64,000 nt of DNA from a virus. Every line of letters starts with the position of its first letter. Within the stretch, counting starts at the first letter, position 1. The translations under genes and the position numbers were made by a program. The stretch lies in the IMG/VR virus record IMGVR_UViG_3300024996_000004, one strand, 5' to 3'. Below the pieces are notes generated by a model. That model did no database searches. It was not told where the DNA came from and was given only the letters and a program-made list of their open reading frames with translations. Shown in pieces: positions 10,201-19,656 of this stretch.

Positions 10201-10833
10201 ATGCAACATTACAATAAAAGTAATCATGAAGTTAGCACAAGAATGCCAAAAGTTTTGGCATTAACTAGCACTGGAATGGCTTCCGGTTGGTTATCATTTG
10301 AAGATTATGCAACATTAGCGGCCAAGGATAAAATACTTTGGACTACACATAAGTATGCCGTTACTTTACATGGTGGGATTAATGCTAAAACAGGTCAACA
10401 ATCTGTATTAGAAATGGATACCATTGCTGCTATTAAATCGGATAAAAATAAACTTAATGGAAGAATAGATTATGCCCCTGCATTAACTAATAGAACACTA
10501 TTTGAACGTGATAGAAATATGTGTGCTTATTGTGGAAATGTTTATCCGACTTCAAAACTTAGTCGTGATCATGTTATTCCTGTAAGTCGTGGTGGTAAGG
10601 ATAAATGGACTAATGTAGTTACTTCTTGCTTAACCTGTAACCATTGGAAGTCTGATTCTCTGTTAGAAGAAATTGAATTAGTCTTACTCTATGTACCATA
10701 TCGTCCAAGTTTTTATGAACATTTGATTCTACAAAATAGAAATATCACGGCAGATCAAATGGAATTCTTGTTGAAAGGTGTAAGCGAACATAGTAGAGTT
10801 TACAAAGAGTATAGTGCTAAAATGGCTGCATAA
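10201..10833 (+). CDS. HNH endonuclease (McrA/HNH_5 type)
   Basis: LFERD..CAYCG..SRDHVIP.SRGG...W.N.V.SC..CN..K. Confidence 0.9.
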   Translation: MQHYNKSNHEVSTRMPKVLALTSTGMASGWLSFEDYATLAAKDKILWTTHKYAVTLHGGINAKTGQQSVLEMDTIAAIKSDKNKLNGRIDYAPALTNRTLFERDRNMCAYCGNVYPTSKLSRDHVIPVSRGGKDKWTNVVTSCLTCNHWKSDSLLEEIELVLLYVPYRPSFYEHLILQNRNITADQMEFLLKGVSEHSRVYKEYSAKMAA

Positions 10834-10858
10834 AAATGGCCCGCAAAGGGCCATTTTT
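10832..10858. terminator. bidirectional intrinsic terminator
   Basis: AAAAATGGCCC-GCAAA-GGGCCATTTTT between convergent genes. Confidence 0.85.
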
Positions 10859-10860
10859 GT

Positions 10861-11496
10861 TTAACTATAATAAGTTTTTAATATATCTTTATCGACTCCA
10901 ATGTCTACGATAACGGGATTATTTTTGTATATGCCCCAATTTGATAATCTATTGTAATCGTTTATAGGAGTATCATAATTTCCGATAAACTCTGCAAATC
11001 CATCAGCCAAATCACTTTCCCCATTAATTTTACTAGCATTTCCACCTGTCCAATCATTACCACCATGATATTCAACGGCATATGCACATAAATCAGCCAA
11101 TGTTCCTCCACAAGCTTTGATGAAATCAGAATTCTTAGCTTTTGAAGCATATTCTGTATGAATCCATGTAGGTAAATTTGATTCTTCATCGTAATCTATG
11201 ATAGGAATAGTTATGTTTAAAGAATTTAAATAATAATCATTAAGTTTCCCAACTTCATGTTCATTCTGTGCTAATCCTTTCTTGTTTTTTGCGATTTTTA
11301 AAACTGTTTGGCGTCCTTGATAAGGAACGATAAAAGCAACTCTAGAGCTACCTACGCCTATTTGCTGTGCACGCTCTTTAGCATAACGAATTTGTTGCGC
11401 AAATGGCGTATTATTGTTGAACTTATTTTTATCCCAATCTGTCGGCAATGGCATTTCAGTGAGCAAATAATGTTTAAATGATAAATTTTTATTCAT
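10861..11496 (-). CDS. protein-kinase-like fold protein, probably virion-packaged
   Basis: IGVGSSR.A, VLKIA, E, D...SNWG, IVDIG; SFKHYLLTE leader; late promoter 11516-11522. Confidence 0.65.
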   Translation of the reverse strand: MNKNLSFKHYLLTEMPLPTDWDKNKFNNNTPFAQQIRYAKERAQQIGVGSSRVAFIVPYQGRQTVLKIAKNKKGLAQNEHEVGKLNDYYLNSLNITIPIIDYDEESNLPTWIHTEYASKAKNSDFIKACGGTLADLCAYAVEYHGGNDWTGGNASKINGESDLADGFAEFIGNYDTPINDYNRLSNWGIYKNNPVIVDIGVDKDILKTYYS

Positions 11497-11579
11497 GATT
11501 TTTGATAATATACTATATTTATGATGGATTGATTTTCTTATCTGATGATGTTAAGATACTAGAATAATATGGAATATCT

Positions 11580-12158
11580 ATGAATCTTGAAGAATATAAA
11601 AATTTAGCTTTACGTACAGAATCGAAAATTGATAAGATAGTTTGTAATAAGAATGAATTAAATCATTTGTTAGCAGCATTTATTACTATTGCCGATATTT
11701 TAGATGGTTTGAAGAAAAAAATATATTATTCTAATCCTAAAAAATATAATGAAAAATTTCATGAAGCCGCTGAAAAGTTAAAGTTTTTCACACAATGTTC
11801 GGATCGACATCATGATGATCATTTAGATGATGAGATTGAAATTGACCCACGTATTATGCATGGCCTCTTAGGAAATTGCACTGAAAGTGGTGAGTTGGCG
11901 GAGCATCTTATGCATATGATTAATGGAACTCCTACAGATAAACATGGTATCGTTGAAGAAATTGCAGATCAACATTGGTATGATGCTATTTTGTTTGATA
12001 GCTTAGATATGTCATGGGAACAAGGATTGATTAATAATATTGATAAACTTAAAGCACGTTTTCCCGATGGTTATAGCGATTACCATGCTGAACATCGTAA
12101 TTTAAATACTGAACGAAAGATTCTTGAAACTAATGGTAGTGCAAGAAATAATAAATGA
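11580..12158 (+). CDS. MazG-like NTP pyrophosphohydrolase
   Basis: LG..TESGEL, EEIAD..WY, NI.KL..RFPDG. Confidence 0.8.
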   Translation: MNLEEYKNLALRTESKIDKIVCNKNELNHLLAAFITIADILDGLKKKIYYSNPKKYNEKFHEAAEKLKFFTQCSDRHHDDHLDDEIEIDPRIMHGLLGNCTESGELAEHLMHMINGTPTDKHGIVEEIADQHWYDAILFDSLDMSWEQGLINNIDKLKARFPDGYSDYHAEHRNLNTERKILETNGSARNNK

Positions 12159-12796
12159 AAATAAAAGATTTACTAAAAATGTTAAATAAAAAATCTTTAA
12201 CAGAAATAGAACGAGTTAGTTCTGGTCAACAAGGAATTATTGATAGCAATATTAATTATGAATCTAAAGAATTAATGACAGATATAGATGGGAAACCTAT
12301 TTTTAAATATAAACTTAACGATAGTAAAAATACTATGTTTGCTATTGAAGAAGATGAAAAGATTGTATCTTACTTAGCTGGAACCATAATCGATAAACAT
12401 TTCAATATCAAGCGAAGTTTTACGAATCCTAAATTCCGAGGTAAAGGATATGTAACCGCTTTATACAAATCTTTGTTTGTAAACTTAGGATATATTTTAG
12501 TAAGTGATTCAAAATTAACACCAGAATCTATTTCAGTATGGAAGAAATTAGGTAAATTATTTCCACACAACATTAAGGTTTATGATGCATCAACAGGCGA
12601 AATGTTATCATTTTCTGATGATGAAACATACGATTATTACACAGATATAAAATACAAATTTATATTGGAAGCATCATTTGAATCAAAATTGTATATATCT
12701 GAATCAGAATCGAGAAAAACATTTCCAGCATACATTATGTATATTGGTGAAAATGCTGAAAAGTTTTGGAAGAATAGAAATATTGAATTACTTTAA
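12155..12796 (+). CDS. GNAT-family acetyltransferase, probably virion-packaged
   Basis: NPKFRGKGY acetyl-CoA motif, SD..LT..S..VW..L; SLTE leader. Confidence 0.65.
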   Translation: MKIKDLLKMLNKKSLTEIERVSSGQQGIIDSNINYESKELMTDIDGKPIFKYKLNDSKNTMFAIEEDEKIVSYLAGTIIDKHFNIKRSFTNPKFRGKGYVTALYKSLFVNLGYILVSDSKLTPESISVWKKLGKLFPHNIKVYDASTGEMLSFSDDETYDYYTDIKYKFILEASFESKLYISESESRKTFPAYIMYIGENAEKFWKNRNIELL

Positions 12797-12844
12797 TAAA
12801 AATAATTGTATAAAGATTGATTAGTGGATGTTCTTACAACAAAT

Positions 12845-13045
12845 ATGAAAAAGAAATTAGTATTTTTAACTGGTGCCGGAATTTCAAAAGAAAGTGGGTT
12901 ATCTACTTTTCGCGATTCTATTGACGGTTTGTGGAATAATCATAAAATTGAAGAAGTTGCTTCAATTGAAGGATGGAAAAATAATCCTCAACAGGTTATA
13001 GAATTCTATAATGCTCGCAGGAATGAAGTATGGATAAAACTATAA
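12845..13045 (+). pseudogene. truncated Sir2/CobB deacylase (N-terminal ~60 aa only)
   Basis: LTGAGISKESGLSTFRD..GLW...FYN.RR, then ends at the next gene's ATG; no QNVD or HG catalytic motifs. Confidence 0.75.
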
Positions 13046-13584
13046 TTATAGATATTGATGATGTTCTTAGTGACTTTAAAAACATCATTACTAAAAAACT
13101 AAATAACCATGTTCATAAAGATTTGCATTGGACTGGACAATATAGTTATGATATCGCTGGACGGTATGGAATAACATATGAAGAATTTTATGACATTATC
13201 ATTAAAGATAAAGTTTTGGAATCTGTTGAAACTGTAAAGTATGCCAAAGAATTATTAGATGTTTTGAAAAATGATCATACTATTGTAATCGTTTCAAGTC
13301 GAAGTTATCATCCACATGCTTATGATGTGACTTCAGAATGGTTAAAGAAATATAAATTGAAATATGATCATTTACACATTTCAGGTGGAGCAATTAAAAA
13401 ATCGTATTTTGCTCAACGATATGATAACATTGTAGCGTCGATAGATGACAACGTAGAGAATTGTAATGATTTTTTAATTAATTGTAATATTGATAAAATA
13501 ATTTTGATGAATCAACCTTGGAATATTAATGAAAATAAATTTTATAGGATTGATTCATTGAAAGAAGTATTAAACATAATCTAG
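13030..13584 (+). CDS. HAD-family 5'(3')-deoxyribonucleotidase-like
   Basis: IDIDDVL, SSR, K, IDD, PWN. Confidence 0.8.
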   Translation: MDKTIIIDIDDVLSDFKNIITKKLNNHVHKDLHWTGQYSYDIAGRYGITYEEFYDIIIKDKVLESVETVKYAKELLDVLKNDHTIVIVSSRSYHPHAYDVTSEWLKKYKLKYDHLHISGGAIKKSYFAQRYDNIVASIDDNVENCNDFLINCNIDKIILMNQPWNINENKFYRIDSLKEVLNII

Positions 13585-13617
13585 CGAAGATAACATCTTC
13601 GCTTTTAACTAAGGAAG

Positions 13618-13917
13618 ATGAAAATGAAATTCGCTAATAAAAATAAAGTAAAAACTCTCTTAGAAAAGGGTGGAGTTCTAATCGATTTACGTGATCCAGT
13701 CTCATTTAGAGATGGTTCTATCGAGGGTGCAAAAAATTTGCCATTATCAAATTTCATTAATAATTTCTTGAAGTTTGATAAAACTAAGCCCATCGTATTG
13801 ATTGTTAATTTTGTCGATGATGCTGATTTAAAGACTGTTACTACTTATGCCGATCAATTAGGTTATGATAAGGTATGGGCAGCTGAATATAATCAGCTGC
13901 GCGAAGATAAATCTTAA
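13618..13917 (+). CDS. rhodanese-like domain protein (no catalytic Cys)
   Basis: LIDLR....F..G.I.GA.N.P; LGYDKV. Confidence 0.7.
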   Translation: MKMKFANKNKVKTLLEKGGVLIDLRDPVSFRDGSIEGAKNLPLSNFINNFLKFDKTKPIVLIVNFVDDADLKTVTTYADQLGYDKVWAAEYNQLREDKS

Positions 13918-13958
13918 TTTCTAAAAATAATAACAACTTCTTTCATTGAGTATAAACT

Positions 13959-15098
13959 ATGTTAGGTCTATTTTTATTTTTGATTATTTTGTCATTTTCG
14001 TTGGCAGGAATCTGTCATTTTGTGTTTCCGAAACATTTTGATCTTGCAGAAACGTGCATCATTATTGCAGCTTCATTGTTTATTGGGACTATGGCAATTC
14101 TAATCATGTCATGGAATAGTACATCAGATTTTGATATTTTAAACGGTCAAGTAACATCTAAAGTTGTGGAGCGTGTAAGTTGTTCTCATAGCTATCCGTG
14201 TCATTGTCATACAGTCACTACAGGTTACGGAAAAAATAAATCAACTACAACAGAATGTGATACTTGCTACGAACATCCCTATGACCAAGATTGGGTAGTG
14301 CATTCAACTATAGGTTCAGTGGATATTAATAGAGTGGATAGTCAAGGATTAATAGAACCCAAGCGATGGAGCATTGTACAAAAAGATGACCCATTTTCTC
14401 TGTCTGAAAGAATCACAAATTATGTATTAGCTGCTCCAGATAGTTTATATAATAATAAATCCTTTCCGAATGATATAAAACTTTATGGAAAATGGCTACC
14501 AAAATATCCATCAATCTACGATTATTACAAATTTAATCATGCTATTAATACAGGAGTTATTGGATTAGACATTGACAGTTATAATAAGGAATTAGCAGAT
14601 ATTCTTCGCAATATTGGACCGAAAAAGCAAGCTAATATTATTGTAGTTTTTGTTCCAGTTAATGATCCAGCATACTTGAATGCATTAGAACGACATTGGC
14701 TCGGATCAAAAAAGAATGATATTGTTGTTGCTATTGGTGTAACACATTATCCAAAAATCGATTGGGCTGGGGCATTTACCTTTGGAAAAAGTGTTAAAAA
14801 TCAATTGCTCATAGTCAAAATGCGTGATACCATTGAAAACGTAGGTGATGTAAGTAAGGTTGGAGATGTAGTAAATCAAATTCGGGTTAATGCTGAATAT
14901 TATTACAATCGTCAATCTATGAGCAATTATGAATATTTAAAACATGATTACTTTCCAAGTGCCACAGCATTAATTGTTTCTAGTATTATTTACTTAATTA
15001 TGTTAGCAGGATTATTAATATGGTGTTGGTTCAATGATGCTTTCGTTAATTCATCATTTGGAAATGGTTCTATTCGTCGTAGTAATTATTTTAATTAA
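13959..15098 (+). CDS. membrane protein with Cys/His-rich extracytoplasmic domain
   Basis: 2 N-terminal and 1 C-terminal TM segments; CSHSY.C.C...CDTCYEH.YD. Confidence 0.7.
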   Translation: MLGLFLFLIILSFSLAGICHFVFPKHFDLAETCIIIAASLFIGTMAILIMSWNSTSDFDILNGQVTSKVVERVSCSHSYPCHCHTVTTGYGKNKSTTTECDTCYEHPYDQDWVVHSTIGSVDINRVDSQGLIEPKRWSIVQKDDPFSLSERITNYVLAAPDSLYNNKSFPNDIKLYGKWLPKYPSIYDYYKFNHAINTGVIGLDIDSYNKELADILRNIGPKKQANIIVVFVPVNDPAYLNALERHWLGSKKNDIVVAIGVTHYPKIDWAGAFTFGKSVKNQLLIVKMRDTIENVGDVSKVGDVVNQIRVNAEYYYNRQSMSNYEYLKHDYFPSATALIVSSIIYLIMLAGLLIWCWFNDAFVNSSFGNGSIRRSNYFN

Positions 15099-15112
15099 CA
15101 AAAGGATATAAA

Positions 15113-15667
15113 ATGAAAATTGTATTAGGTATTATTGTAGCATTTGTATTATTAGTCACAGTTGTTATAGGTTCAGCTTATATTTCAAATGCTAACTATG
15201 GCAATCGCAGTGAGCAAGCATTAAAGGCTCGTATTTCAGATAGTCAAAATATTTTGGCTAACTATACCACATCTATTGCAGAAATGATTCAGATTCCACA
15301 AATGTATAAGAAAGATTTAGGAGATATTATTGATAAAACTTTCAAGGGGCGTTATGGTGATGGTGGTTCAAAAGCCATGTTTCAATTTATTAAAGAACAG
15401 AATTTGAGTCTTGATCCAAATATGTATAAGAATGTTCAAGAAAAGATGGAAGCTGGTCGAAATGAATTTAAAGATTCTCAAACTGCCGTTATTGATCTTA
15501 AACGTAGTTATACTACTTCATTAGGAAATGTGTGGAGCGGTTTTTGGTTACATATGGCCGGTTATCCTAAAATGGATTTAGATGCCATCCAACCCGTAAT
15601 CAATGATCATACTGATCAAGCTTTTAAGACACATCGTGATGAAGGTATTAAGCTTACGCCACAATAA
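15113..15667 (+). CDS. membrane-anchored coiled-coil protein (LemA-like)
   Basis: N-terminal TM, GR.EF...Q, W......GYP; paired with preceding membrane gene. Confidence 0.6.
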   Translation: MKIVLGIIVAFVLLVTVVIGSAYISNANYGNRSEQALKARISDSQNILANYTTSIAEMIQIPQMYKKDLGDIIDKTFKGRYGDGGSKAMFQFIKEQNLSLDPNMYKNVQEKMEAGRNEFKDSQTAVIDLKRSYTTSLGNVWSGFWLHMAGYPKMDLDAIQPVINDHTDQAFKTHRDEGIKLTPQ

Positions 15668-15685
15668 TTTTGAATATGTTATATA

Positions 15686-15717
15686 AAAAAATGCGACCAT
15701 CAAAGTCGCATTTTTTA
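15686..15717 (+). terminator. intrinsic terminator
   Basis: ATGCGAC-loop-GTCGCAT plus T tract. Confidence 0.75.
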
Positions 15718-15753
15718 TTGGAATCATTCATTTAAAATGATGTTATATACAAC

Positions 15754-15781
15754 TTGACACACTTTCAATCTGTGATAGACT
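15754..15781 (+). promoter_or_regulatory. sigma70-type promoter
   Basis: TTGACA-N16-TAGACT with TG extension. Confidence 0.65.
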
Positions 15782-15855
15782 TCACGTTCTTGATTTGGTA
15801 AACAGCGGGGCCAATCGAGTTATCCTTTCCTGCTTTTAATTAATGGAGATTATAA

Positions 15856-16494
15856 ATGAGAAATATGAATAAATTTAATGTTGCTTTAGGAATTGCTCTT
15901 GCTTTCGGTATTTCTACTGTTGCAATGGCTACTGATGGTAATACATCAACTACTACTGGTACTGTAACTGGTCAAGTAACAGGATGGCAAGGTGGAATTA
16001 ATGGTTCGACAGGATCAACTACCATTGCAGGTTCACAGGCATCAACAGGTGTTGATGGAACTGGTTTTAGCCAACAAGCAACTTCAAATAGCAGCGGTGG
16101 CACTGTTTCTGCTGGTGGCGATATTTCGGGCGCTGGTGTAACTACTTCAACATCTGGGTCAACTTTCAGTAATGGTACGAGCGTTGGTGAGTTCAGCGGT
16201 TATGCTGGCGATTTCCGTAATGATACAAGTGGTGGTGCACAGACCAACGCTACAGCAACTGTAGAAGGTTCTTTTACCTTGAGTTCTTTCGGTGGTAGTG
16301 CAGCTTTCGGCGCAAGTCAAGGCAGTGATTCACAAGGTGGTCAGAGTGGAAACGGAAATGGCGAAAATAGTGGGAACAATGGCAACAGCGGTAATAATGG
16401 AAATGGTTCTAATCACGGCAATGGTCAGGGAAATGGAAACGGCCATGGTTCAGGTGAATCAGGTAATAATGGTCATGGTCATAACCACGGCTAA
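15856..16494 (+). CDS. secreted Gly/Ser/Thr/Asn-rich protein
   Basis: signal peptide ending AMA; GN/GH-rich tail; GGAG RBS. Confidence 0.7.
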   Translation: MRNMNKFNVALGIALAFGISTVAMATDGNTSTTTGTVTGQVTGWQGGINGSTGSTTIAGSQASTGVDGTGFSQQATSNSSGGTVSAGGDISGAGVTTSTSGSTFSNGTSVGEFSGYAGDFRNDTSGGAQTNATATVEGSFTLSSFGGSAAFGASQGSDSQGGQSGNGNGENSGNNGNSGNNGNGSNHGNGQGNGNGHGSGESGNNGHGHNHG

Positions 16495-16566
16495 TATTAT
16501 TTAAAAATGGTGAGAGAGAATATTCTTCTCTCTCATTTTATCTACAACACAAACAGGGACTTTTTC

Positions 16567-17172
16567 ATGAAATTTAAAATCGTTTTATTTACTTTATTGT
16601 CGTTAATTTCCGTGAGTGCATTCTCACAGGATGTAACAAATGGTAATACGGCAACATCAAATGCAACTGCCAATACTACTGCTAATTCAGTTAATGGTGG
16701 ATTGCAAAATCAACAAAACTTTATTACTAATAATCCGGGCACAGTTCAATATAGTGGACGATTCACACAACGTAACGTGCCAACAGTAGCGTTAGGCTCA
16801 TTCAGTAATAGCTTTTCAAGCGATTATTGTAGTGGGACAATGCAAGCTGGTGTAGGTATTGCTGGTGCTGGTTTAAGTATGGGCAAGCAGAAGTTGGACA
16901 CGGGTTGTCAATTACTTCGTTCGGCGGACATGACTATGCGTATTGCTCAAGTCTATGCAGCTGACGCTGATGCAGCATGGCGTTTTTCAAATACTCTCGG
17001 ACCCATGAAATCTGCACAAGCATATGCAGTTGAAGTTAGACAGCGTTCATTCCAAAAAGCCGAAAAAGCTGATGCTCTAAAAGACGCTTCGGTAAATATG
17101 ATTTGTGCTATTAGTGATGATGTTCGAAAAGCTTTAGTAGATGCATCAATTCAGTGTCCCGCCAAACATTGA
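16567..17172 (+). CDS. secreted Cys-containing protein
   Basis: signal peptide MKFKIVLF..SAFS; four Cys. Confidence 0.7.
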   Translation: MKFKIVLFTLLSLISVSAFSQDVTNGNTATSNATANTTANSVNGGLQNQQNFITNNPGTVQYSGRFTQRNVPTVALGSFSNSFSSDYCSGTMQAGVGIAGAGLSMGKQKLDTGCQLLRSADMTMRIAQVYAADADAAWRFSNTLGPMKSAQAYAVEVRQRSFQKAEKADALKDASVNMICAISDDVRKALVDASIQCPAKH

Positions 17173-17391
17173 TTAAGTTTATAACAAAAAGGAAGTGTAA
17201 TGCTTCCTTTTTTCATTATACAAAAAATATCAACAACTTCGTACAACAAAAGATTCAGAAAAACGAGAAAAAAGAACGTATTAAAAATTGAAACTAACAA
17301 TGTTGAATTTTTCGACATTCTTCAAATGTATGAATTACATGATGGAATTATTGTTAAAGTTCGTGATTGTGAATATGAAGCATTTTAATCC

Positions 17392-17420
17392 TTGACATAT
17401 TTCATTGTATCCTTTACGAT
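17392..17420 (+). promoter_or_regulatory. sigma70-type promoter
   Basis: TTGACA-N17-TACGAT. Confidence 0.7.
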
Positions 17421-17446
17421 GACATCAATTATAAAGGATATGTGTC

Positions 17447-17860
17447 ATGACGAAGTTAGTTTCAGCAGGAATCATCGTAAAATATCGTGATCGGTATTTA
17501 TTAGGTCATGTAACAGGTCATGATAGTTATGATATTTTTAAAGGTAGAACTGAAGAAGGCGAATCCTATATTCAAACTGCTTTGAGAGAATGCCAAGAAG
17601 AATCGGGAATAGAATTTACTGAAGATCAATTGCATTATTTAGGATATCATACTTATATTCCCAAGAAAGATTTGGTTTTATATGTTGCAAGAATTGATGA
17701 ATTGTATATATCGGATTTGAAGTGTTCAACTGTATTTGATAATGGCAAGCCAGAAATGGATTCTTATGCAACCTTTGAATTCGATGATATGATTCCATAT
17801 CTTGGTCGCAACATGGGTCGTGTACTATCATCACTTAAACATGAAATCGAAAGTTATTAA
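17447..17860 (+). CDS. Nudix hydrolase
   Basis: KG..EEGES...TALRE..EESG. Confidence 0.9.
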   Translation: MTKLVSAGIIVKYRDRYLLGHVTGHDSYDIFKGRTEEGESYIQTALRECQEESGIEFTEDQLHYLGYHTYIPKKDLVLYVARIDELYISDLKCSTVFDNGKPEMDSYATFEFDDMIPYLGRNMGRVLSSLKHEIESY

Positions 17861-17932
17861 CTCATAATATCAAATTATGAGTTGATTATAAGTTCTAGTT
17901 AGTCTATTATTATAGAGAATGAGAAAATTAAT

Positions 17933-18178
17933 ATGCATTATAGAAACGGACGAGAAGCTAAAAACGGTGATAAAATTATACAATTAGGAACTGATGGAAA
18001 AATTGTTTCCTATGGTCTTTTGTATAATGCAGTTCCCGGCAATGATTACTGCAATGGAAATATTGCAACATTACAACATAATCCTGATACGGCTTGTATT
18101 TGCGATTGTTTGCATGTTGATGATCTTGCAGCAATTCTTAAAGAAAATGGTTTGGATAAACGTCCAGAGAAAATGTGA
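17933..18178 (+). CDS. hypothetical protein
   Basis: MHYRNGREAKNGD..., Cys-rich. Confidence 0.65.
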   Translation: MHYRNGREAKNGDKIIQLGTDGKIVSYGLLYNAVPGNDYCNGNIATLQHNPDTACICDCLHVDDLAAILKENGLDKRPEKM

Positions 18179-18633
18179 TGATACATAATAATATAAATCC
18201 CACATTATATGTATTAGGATTCGCTTTCAATGAAGATAATACTAAAGTCCTTCTCATTGAAAAGAATCGGCCAAATTGGCAAGTCGGAAAGTTGAATGGA
18301 GTAGGTGGGCACATGGAAAAGAACGAATCGGCGCGTGAAGCAATGATTCGTGAATTTGAAGAAGAATCTAATCTACGAAATGAGAATTGGACGCAATATT
18401 GTGCCATGGAAGGCGATGGTTTTGTAGTTTATGTTTTTGCATCCTATCATAACGATAATTTAAGTGATTTTGTCAATATGACAGATGAAAAATTATCTAT
18501 AATTGAAGTTAAAGAATTGCATGCTAATTCATCAATTAAAACGATATCAAATATTCCTTGGTTGGTTAACATGGCTCTTGATTATGATGTTATGATTCAA
18601 AATGTTGAACCTGTAATGATTTATTATGACTAA
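18175..18633 (+). CDS. Nudix hydrolase
   Basis: NGVGGHMEKNES...AMIREFEEE. Confidence 0.9.
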   Translation: MMIHNNINPTLYVLGFAFNEDNTKVLLIEKNRPNWQVGKLNGVGGHMEKNESAREAMIREFEEESNLRNENWTQYCAMEGDGFVVYVFASYHNDNLSDFVNMTDEKLSIIEVKELHANSSIKTISNIPWLVNMALDYDVMIQNVEPVMIYYD

Positions 18634-19210
18634 GTTAGTAGTATTCGACGCATATGGAACGATTGTAAATCGTACAAAAAAGATGGGCGTTTATCATGAA
18701 TTAAAGAAATTGGCTGGTGTCACTGGTTATGAAATTAATCCATTAACTAATCCGATTACATTTGAAGATTGCGCTGAATTATTAGATGTGCATCTTCCTT
18801 ATACTGGACTTTTAGAAAATTTGGAAACAGAAATTAATTCTATCAAACCTTTTCCAGAAGTTATTGAAGTATTAAAGATTTTGAAACAGCGTAATAAGAA
18901 ATTGGCGGTCTGTTCCAATTTAGCTCAACCATATGCTAAACCTATCGTAGATATTTTTGGAGATTTGTTTGATCATTATATATGGTCATTTGAAGTAGGA
19001 TATACAAAACCTTCTTCACAAATTTATGAAAAAGTAGAAGAAGTTTTCGGGATGTCAGGAAAAGATATTCATATGGTCGGGGATACTTATGATTGCGATT
19101 TTGAAGAACCTCGTAATCGTGGTTGGACAGCTACATTTCTAGATAGGTCTGGAAAGAGTGAGCATTGTTCTATTTCAAGATTGAATTCATTATTTTTAGA
19201 TATTAAATGA
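18626..19210 (+). CDS. HAD-superfamily hydrolase
   Basis: FDAYGTI, CSN, KP, VGD...D. Confidence 0.9.
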   Translation: MTKLVVFDAYGTIVNRTKKMGVYHELKKLAGVTGYEINPLTNPITFEDCAELLDVHLPYTGLLENLETEINSIKPFPEVIEVLKILKQRNKKLAVCSNLAQPYAKPIVDIFGDLFDHYIWSFEVGYTKPSSQIYEKVEEVFGMSGKDIHMVGDTYDCDFEEPRNRGWTATFLDRSGKSEHCSISRLNSLFLDIK

Positions 19211-19258
19211 GTTGATTTCTGTGTTAGAAACAGTTATTCTTGATAAGAATAAGAAATG

Positions 19259-19266
19259 TATAAATA
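19259..19266 (+). promoter_or_regulatory. T4-type late promoter driving tmRNA
   Basis: TATAAATA just upstream of the tmRNA acceptor piece. Confidence 0.6.
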
Positions 19267-19271
19267 GTTTT

Positions 19272-19605
19272 AATGATTGTGTGGATGGAAACATCCTGAA
19301 AATTGATCAATAAAGTGGTTGCGGACGTGGGTTCGAGTCCCACCATTTCCACCAAATGTAGCTTGAAAGCACAAAAGGCTGAAAGCATAAGCGGATACTT
19401 GGGATTAGCGCCAAGCAGGCTACATTTGATGGGGATGCATTGGTTTCGACGTGGCTGGTAATAGGTGAAATTACAATCCGTTCAGAATGGTACGTTATAC
19501 CTTAAATAAAGCAAATGCTAATGATTCGTCATTCGCTCTAAACGATTACGCACTAGCTGCCTAATCCAATTTAGATGGGGTTTAAATCGACCTTATTACC
19601 CAATG
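19272..19605 (+). ncRNA. ssrA: circularly permuted (two-piece) tmRNA
   Basis: T-arm and CATTTCC-A-CCA end at 19354, before the 5' end GGGGATGCATTGGTTTCGAC at 19431; G3.U70; tag (AN)ANDSSFALNDYALAA* at 19511/19517-19564; outer ends approximate. Confidence 0.9.
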
Positions 19606-19608
19606 ATT

Positions 19609-19642
19609 AAAATAATGGCTCCTTTCGGAGCCATTATTTTTT
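19609..19642. terminator. bidirectional intrinsic terminator
   Basis: AAATAATGGCTCC-TTTC-GGAGCCATTATTT. Confidence 0.85.
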
Positions 19643-19656
19643 GTAACACAATTACA

